Source: Nitrospirota bacterium
GTDB taxonomy: Bacteria > Nitrospirota > UBA9217
Assembly: GCA_963818475.1 (NCBI GenBank)
Contig: CAWFSF010000002.1
Location: 672,001-736,000 of the forward strand
DNA: 64,000 nucleotides
Direction of reading: 5' to 3'
Part shown: piece by piece, positions 58,713 to 64,000 of the stretch
Position numbering within the stretch: the stretch's first letter is position 1
How the letters are laid out: each line of letters starts with the position of its first letter
The notes under the pieces: model-generated
The model's database searches: none
Seen by the model: only the letters and a program-made list of their open reading frames with translations
What the model was told of the DNA's origin: nothing
Program-made: the position numbers and the translations under genes

Positions 58713-59756
58713 TTGGATATTCTGAATAATAATAGTTTGCGGAAGACTCCAGTTTATGATGTCTACTGGCGTTTTGCAGCTGAGCGGCAGAATATATTCT
58801 TTAACCGGCTTCTTCAAGAAAAAGCACCTTGGACTATGGATCCCATAATGGCTAAATACAAGTTTACCAATACGTACAGAGTGTTGGATAGGGTGAGTCA
58901 GTTTCTGATTTCCAATATAATTAATCCCGATATGGAAAGTGATCTGTCGGATGAGGATAAGCTCTTCAGAATACTCTTATATAAAATCTTCAATAAGATT
59001 CAAACATGGCAATTGCTTGAGGACGCACTTGGGGAACTCTCATGGCGTAGGTATTCTTTCCAAGAGTACGACAGGGTCTTGAGTGCAGCTTTTCAAAATG
59101 GCACTATCTATTCTGCTGCATACATTATGGCATCCGGGAAGAGTGTATTCGGTTGCGAACGAAAGCATCAGAATCACCTGAAGTTACTCGAATACATGAT
59201 GAAGAGCAACATAACCATGAAAGTTGTATCGTCGCAGTCTATGGCTCAACTCTATAATGTGCTGATATCATATCCGCTTGTTGGGCCATTCTTAGCCTAC
59301 CAGTATGCAACAGACATAAATTATAGTTGGCTTACGGACTTTTCAGAGAAAGATTTCGTGGTTGCTGGGCCTGGTGCTCGCGATGGAATAGCAAAGTGTT
59401 TTTCTAATAGAGCATCCTATTCAGATGAAGTTATAATTCGCTCTATGATGGAAAATCAGAATGCTGAATTTGAACGTTTAGGGTTGGATTTCAAAAGTCT
59501 GTTCGGAAGGCCACTACAGCTAATCGACTGCCAGAACATATTTTGTGAAGTCGGAAAATATGCTCGCATCTCACATCCCGACATTAAGGACAAAAGTGGA
59601 CGATTGAAAATTAAGCAGCTCTATCGCACTTCTGGAGCCATCCTCCCACCGTCTTTTCCAGAAAAATGGAGGCTATCAACTGCCGTACACACATTTACTA
59701 ATACTCACCTAGTTCAAGCAAGACTTCGGGGGGGATATTCACTAGAGTTAGGGTGA
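58713..59756 (+). CDS. aGPT-PPlase1-like (alpha-glutamyl/putrescinyl thymine) DNA base hypermodification protein
   Basis: YWRFAAERQ..F, PWT.DPI...YKFTN.YR..DRVSQ, IYSAAYIM, GPFLAYQY..D.NYS, VVAGPGA.DGI, LIDCQN.FCE..KYAR. Confidence 0.8.
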   Translation: MDILNNNSLRKTPVYDVYWRFAAERQNIFFNRLLQEKAPWTMDPIMAKYKFTNTYRVLDRVSQFLISNIINPDMESDLSDEDKLFRILLYKIFNKIQTWQLLEDALGELSWRRYSFQEYDRVLSAAFQNGTIYSAAYIMASGKSVFGCERKHQNHLKLLEYMMKSNITMKVVSSQSMAQLYNVLISYPLVGPFLAYQYATDINYSWLTDFSEKDFVVAGPGARDGIAKCFSNRASYSDEVIIRSMMENQNAEFERLGLDFKSLFGRPLQLIDCQNIFCEVGKYARISHPDIKDKSGRLKIKQLYRTSGAILPPSFPEKWRLSTAVHTFTNTHLVQARLRGGYSLELG

Positions 59757-59919
59757 GAAATGCCGACCATGTGATTTAATCAAGGACATGATGGCCATTA
59801 TCGGTAGTGATGCGCGTGAATTACATGGATATTTGGCCTGTTATCTCGTTTATTTCAAGCGACGATTTTAACCTGAAAAGGGGCTACGCAGGCATGGCTC
59901 GAGTATCGCGAGGATAAAA

Positions 59920-60417
59920 ATGAGCACAACTAATACAAAGAACGTTTTCATTAGTCATCACCACGAAGACGATGCACACGTTGACAAGTTGACAAATTTG
60001 CTTAGCAAGAAAGGATTTAACATCAGAAATAGTTCCATCCGAGCAAAACCAGCGAATCAGGAGCGTTTAGAAAAGGGACTTATCAAGGAGGCAGTGCTCA
60101 AACGTTTGCTCCGGATGAAGATATCCTGGGCAGGGTCGGTTATAGTCCTAGTTGGTAAGGAGACACACTCGCGCCCCTGGGTAAACTGGGAAATCGATCA
60201 GGCGCATAAGCAGGGGAAGAACATTGTAGGCATTTATGAGCATGGACTCAAGGACAAGGTTGATCTCCCGCCTTTTTTAGAAAAGTACAGAACGTCGCAA
60301 GTTGTTGGTTGGGATTCGGATGCTATTATCGACGCGATTGAAGGAAAATCAGTTTTTCAGAATCCCGATGGGACACCTTCTCCTCGGAATGACGGACCTC
60401 ACATAACGTGCAAGTAG
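59920..60417 (+). CDS. TIR-like protein (DUF1863/MTH538, Thoeris ThsB-type)
   Basis: NVFISH, VIVLVGKET..RPWVNWEI......K.IVGI with the catalytic Glu retained. Confidence 0.88.
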   Translation: MSTTNTKNVFISHHHEDDAHVDKLTNLLSKKGFNIRNSSIRAKPANQERLEKGLIKEAVLKRLLRMKISWAGSVIVLVGKETHSRPWVNWEIDQAHKQGKNIVGIYEHGLKDKVDLPPFLEKYRTSQVVGWDSDAIIDAIEGKSVFQNPDGTPSPRNDGPHITCK

Positions 60418-61067
60418 AATCCACAAAATATTTGTACATCTATGTTGTAGATCGAGATTTCGGGTTCGCTCCAAACCCGTTCCATGGGTACTGCACTTTG
60501 GCTACATGTAAGCCAGACATCAGGAGAACAGCTCATGTTGGCGACTGGGTTATGGGCGTTGGCGGACGACGTTTGAATGCGACGGGAAGATGCATATACT
60601 TGATGAAAGTGTCCGAGATTCTTACCTTTGATGAATATTGGTCAGATAAAAGGTTTTGGGTCAAAAAGCCCATCCGAAACGGAAGCCTTGTGATGATGGT
60701 CGGTGACAATGTTTACCATCGGAATAATATCGAAGAGGACTGGACACAAGAAGACTCACACCATAGCAACGAGGATGGCTCTATCAACCATGAGAATGTA
60801 AGGATAGACACAAAATCTATTAATGTCCTTATTTCACATCACTTCTACTATTTCGGTAGCGTCGCGCCAGTAGTCGATTTGTCAACTATTGGCTATAAGA
60901 ATGGAATAGGCCATCGGAAAAAGTCACTGGAAGATTCTAATGTAGCTGTTCTTGTGAAGAAGATTGAAGATCAGTTCAGAAGAGATAGGAATACGGTTAT
61001 TGCTGACCCCATCAATTTTGAGCATGCTTCAAAGCGAGTTGATCAGGGTACTGGGAAAATTAGATGA
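60408..61067 (+). CDS. Nmad2 (nucleotide modification associated domain 2) protein
   Basis: YVVDRDFGFAPNPFHGYCTLATCKPDIR...VGDWV.G, GDN.YH, VLIS..FYYFG. Confidence 0.82.
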   Translation: MQVESTKYLYIYVVDRDFGFAPNPFHGYCTLATCKPDIRRTAHVGDWVMGVGGRRLNATGRCIYLMKVSEILTFDEYWSDKRFWVKKPIRNGSLVMMVGDNVYHRNNIEEDWTQEDSHHSNEDGSINHENVRIDTKSINVLISHHFYYFGSVAPVVDLSTIGYKNGIGHRKKSLEDSNVAVLVKKIEDQFRRDRNTVIADPINFEHASKRVDQGTGKIR

Positions 61068-61109
61068 GTATATCGAGAGGAGCATGTATTCTGAAAGGAG
61101 GAATTATCC

Positions 61110-61748
61110 TTGCCGAATCTTATCAAAATAGCTTTTGATTATACAAAGCCGTCGATGACTATCGAATCCGACTGGTTATTGTTCATTGTTTTATTAGTAA
61201 TCATTCTGCTGGTTGTTATATTGCGTAAGAAGGGATTCTTGTCATGGTTTAACCGATATGATATGGAAGTCGAGATATCAGGAGCACCGAAAATAAAGGT
61301 CAAGGTAGAAAGAAATAATGAAAATCTATTCATTGCCAATCGAATATACATAGAACTGACAACTAGGAAGGCAGCAATTCCTTTTGACGAAGATAATGAT
61401 GTAATCGCAGAAGTTTATGACTCATGGTATAAGTTGTTTGGAATCATTCGTGAAGAAATAAAGAGCGTACCTGGTAGATATCTAAAAGACCACGATCCTA
61501 CTTCTGCCCTAATCGGCCTCACTACAAAAATACTGAATGAGGGATTAAGGCCTCATTTGACACTATATCAGGCAAGGTTTAGAAAATGGTACGAAGAAGA
61601 AAAGGAGCGGCCAGAAAATAAACTATTATCACCTCATGAGATTCAGAGGAAATATCCCGATTACAAAAAATTAGTTGATTCGATCAAACAAGTTAATAAA
61701 ACCCTGACTGAGTTTGCAACCGAGTTGAACAAATTGATAAAAGGTTAG
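61110..61748 (+). CDS. Single-TM hypothetical protein, candidate effector
   Basis: N-terminal TM helix; IYIELTTRK, DVIAEVYDSWY..F...RE.IK, LNEGLRPHLT.YQARFRKWY. Confidence 0.75.
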   Translation: MPNLIKIAFDYTKPSMTIESDWLLFIVLLVIILLVVILRKKGFLSWFNRYDMEVEISGAPKIKVKVERNNENLFIANRIYIELTTRKAAIPFDEDNDVIAEVYDSWYKLFGIIREEIKSVPGRYLKDHDPTSALIGLTTKILNEGLRPHLTLYQARFRKWYEEEKERPENKLLSPHEIQRKYPDYKKLVDSIKQVNKTLTEFATELNKLIKG

Positions 61749-61834
61749 CTGACAAGACCGCAGCGCCGTTCTTTTCAAACCCTATAGGTGCGACACTAAA
61801 CTGGTAGATTTCGAATTTATTCTGTGAAGATGAA

Positions 61835-63400
61835 TCAAGTGATAATTTTTGGAAAATAAGTTTGATATTCAGTGATTTTATCTTTGAGCTTGCTTTGATC
61901 TTCCTCAATAAACGGTAAGATCTTCAGAAATTTTTCATAGGGAATTGCAATACCATTGATTGTAACGACGGGATGACTGCCTGGCTTCGCTTCATATTTG
62001 TACGTTGTTAACGTTTCATCCTTAACCGTAAATTCTAGCGTAAATTTTTTTTCTGTTGAATCGACCCCTATCCTCAATATTTTATTGAACATTTCGACTT
62101 TTGCTTTAAAGAACCCCACCAGTGACTTTTGCTTATATTGGGCGTCCCTTTGTTTGAATTCATAGTCAATAGAAACCATTGTTTCAGAAAACTCATTTAG
62201 TGTAACTGATTCTCCTGGATCGTGAAATGCCATAAGATCAAATGTCGGCCGCCCCCAAAACTGAATTTCATCTACAATCAATAAAAGAAAAGAGAACGTA
62301 TTTGGTTTGAAATGATAAATTTCGTGGCAGGTGTGAGATGCTATCGATCTTAATATTTCTCTTCGGATTATGAATTGACGAGCTTCTTCTTCACCTTTTA
62401 ATGTATCGATATTATCAAAATCAAAGTTGGTTTCAAGAAAGTAAACTAAATTTTTTGCAAGAACTAAGCAACTTATTAAACCATGATCAAATCGTTCGAA
62501 TGACCTTGAAAACTTCAGATAATACTTGGCTTGAATGTGTGTACTAAAAGCGTTTTGAGTTTTAGTAAATAAGCGTTTAATAACTCCATTGTCACTTTTC
62601 TTAACACGCGAACTCAAGTATTTTAAAATTGCATCATTAATAAACTGGTTTTGTTGCGGGAATGCAAAGGAAAACTCGTCGAGTTTTGTTTTTGCAAAAA
62701 ACTTCATCATTTTTTTTAAGTTATCATTTATTTTATCTACCATTCCCAATGGATAACCCAAATCGTGTGTTAATGCTATTATGCACCATATAGCATCCTC
62801 CTCACCTTCAAACAAAACACCATTGTTTCGTCGAGATATATTAAGTTTCTTTTCGGCATCTTGACCTTCTGTTATATCAATATTTGTAATGTGGGGCTTT
62901 ATGTCTTTGTGATCGAAAATATCAATTGGAAATTTATCATCGAAAGAATTAAAAAGTAGGAATTGACCTGTAAGCCAGACTCTAATTAAATGGTAGACAT
63001 GATCTCTATAAAACTGTTCCGCGCCATATAATAACCTTTCAAATTCAATAAAAGTCTTAAAATAATCTTTAAGAGAATAAACACCTAAAGAGCCTTCACT
63101 AATTATTCCATAGGCAGATTTAAGGTCTGGTGGTCTTTTATTAGGTGGGAACTCTGTTAAATCATGCCATTTTAGATATTTAATAGCGTCGATCAAAAGA
63201 CGTTCCCAAAGATTTAAGACAATAATTGGGTCTATCTTTGACGTATCAAAAATATCTTTTAGCTGGGTTTTATCATTTGTATCAGGAAATTTACTTATAA
63301 TTTTTACGGTTTCTTCGGATAAAAATTGAATTCTCCCTTGCTCCTTTTTTAAAAAATCAATAAGAAACTTATCGTCAAGTTTTTGATTAAGTGGAGCCAT
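61835..63400 (-). CDS. HD-superfamily metal-dependent phosphohydrolase
   Basis: YRDHVYH..RV, ALTHDLGYP, DHGLIS, IASH, LLLIVDEIQ.WGRP. Confidence 0.72.
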   Translation of the reverse strand: MAPLNQKLDDKFLIDFLKKEQGRIQFLSEETVKIISKFPDTNDKTQLKDIFDTSKIDPIIVLNLWERLLIDAIKYLKWHDLTEFPPNKRPPDLKSAYGIISEGSLGVYSLKDYFKTFIEFERLLYGAEQFYRDHVYHLIRVWLTGQFLLFNSFDDKFPIDIFDHKDIKPHITNIDITEGQDAEKKLNISRRNNGVLFEGEEDAIWCIIALTHDLGYPLGMVDKINDNLKKMMKFFAKTKLDEFSFAFPQQNQFINDAILKYLSSRVKKSDNGVIKRLFTKTQNAFSTHIQAKYYLKFSRSFERFDHGLISCLVLAKNLVYFLETNFDFDNIDTLKGEEEARQFIIRREILRSIASHTCHEIYHFKPNTFSFLLLIVDEIQFWGRPTFDLMAFHDPGESVTLNEFSETMVSIDYEFKQRDAQYKQKSLVGFFKAKVEMFNKILRIGVDSTEKKFTLEFTVKDETLTTYKYEAKPGSHPVVTINGIAIPYEKFLKILPFIEEDQSKLKDKITEYQTYFPKIIT

Positions 63401-63504
63401 AATCGTTATCTCCGAAAAATACGACAACCACAATGTCGTTGGTCAAAGCTCTATCGAAAACCACAAGCAATAATTTAGACCAGCATATTTACTTTTTAAA
63501 AAAG

Positions 63505-64000
63505 CTATGAGGCCGCCTGTTTGCGCGGAGGAGTTACTTGAATTTGATTTGTTTTTTGGAGGGGGCAAAGTGGATCTGGCCCATGGTAAATGCTGCCAAA
63601 TTTATAATAGCGTTGCGCGACACATCGGCCATTGCAGTAGTTTGATTCGGAGCAACTATTACAACCACTCACCATTGTTACATCAAGATCACGTAGTTGT
63701 TCTAATTCTGAACTATGATGCCATATAGTCTCTAGGGATTGCTTATTTATATTAGCCAACCCAAACTTAGGTGCATGCTTAAAAGCAGGACAAGGTACGG
63801 CTGTGCCATCATAGCTGATTAGTAGAGTAGAAATTCCAGCTTTACATTGAACAGGCGTTATCGTTCTATCCACCATCGAACAGAAATTCATCGGACACCC
63901 TGTTCTAATCTGAACAAAGTCACGAAGCTCGTTTTTAATGGCGACAACTTCATTTATGAATTGATTGAATTCTGTTTGATTTAACTCAAGCCGTTGTTTA
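63505..64000 (-). CDS. Radical SAM protein with SPASM domain, 5' part outside the window
   Basis: CKAG....ISYDG...PC, NI...SL..IW, CNSC....YCNGRC, DPLC; frame open to the window edge. Confidence 0.82.
   Translation of the reverse strand, partial: KQRLELNQTEFNQFINEVVAIKNELRDFVQIRTGCPMNFCSMVDRTITPVQCKAGISTLLISYDGTAVPCPAFKHAPKFGLANINKQSLETIWHHSSELEQLRDLDVTMVSGCNSCSESNYCNGRCVAQRYYKFGSIYHGPDPLCPLQKTNQIQVTPPRKQAAS

Larger units (their letters stand above)
58479..64000. mobile_element. AT-rich genomic (defence) island, continues past the window end
   Basis: Abrupt shift to AT-rich composition and non-host codon usage; accessory gene content; no integrase seen in window. Confidence 0.75.

Noticed and set aside
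59789-59875. 27-codon ORF between the aGPT-PPlase and TIR genes as a SPASM precursor peptide
   Set aside because: Opposite strand and far from the rSAM gene, with no precursor-like motif.
59920-60417. Canonical Thoeris call
   Set aside because: Only a ThsB-like TIR is visible; no SIR2-SLOG or TM-Macro ThsA is recognisable within the window.

Overview
Replication-origin region of a GC-rich, probably anaerobic bacterium; gene content suggests Nitrospirota or Desulfobacterota, which is an inference. The left arm (minus strand) carries mglA/mglB, a four-subunit pyruvate:ferredoxin oxidoreductase operon, recR-ybaB-dnaX, SRP RNA, all four tRNA-Ser isoacceptors, tRNA-Arg(ACG) next to tadA, serS, gyrA, gyrB, dnaN and dnaA. 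A clear oriC unwinding module (tandem DnaA boxes plus six DnaA-trios) lies about 2.2 kb upstream of dnaA, among tusA/dsrE genes. The right arm carries rpmH-rnpA-yidD-yidC, a small AT-rich patch with a 59-bp attC site, pgi, mnmE-mnmG-rsmG, a Clp1-like kinase between two parS sites, hcp, parAB, bactofilin, hicBA, purL, a triheme cytochrome c and rluD. From about 58.5 kb an AT-rich island follows a broken RHH gene. It encodes an aGPT-PPlase1-like thymine-hypermodification protein, a ThsB-like TIR, Nmad2 and a TM protein, converging with an HD protein and a radical SAM/SPASM enzyme; this is the best candidate for an undescribed anti-phage system. Many periodic palindromic repeats are scattered through the window, two of them in frame inside purL. 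Numerous small frameshifts between 22.9 and 58.3 kb are most likely sequencing errors. All family assignments come from motif recognition, not database searches.
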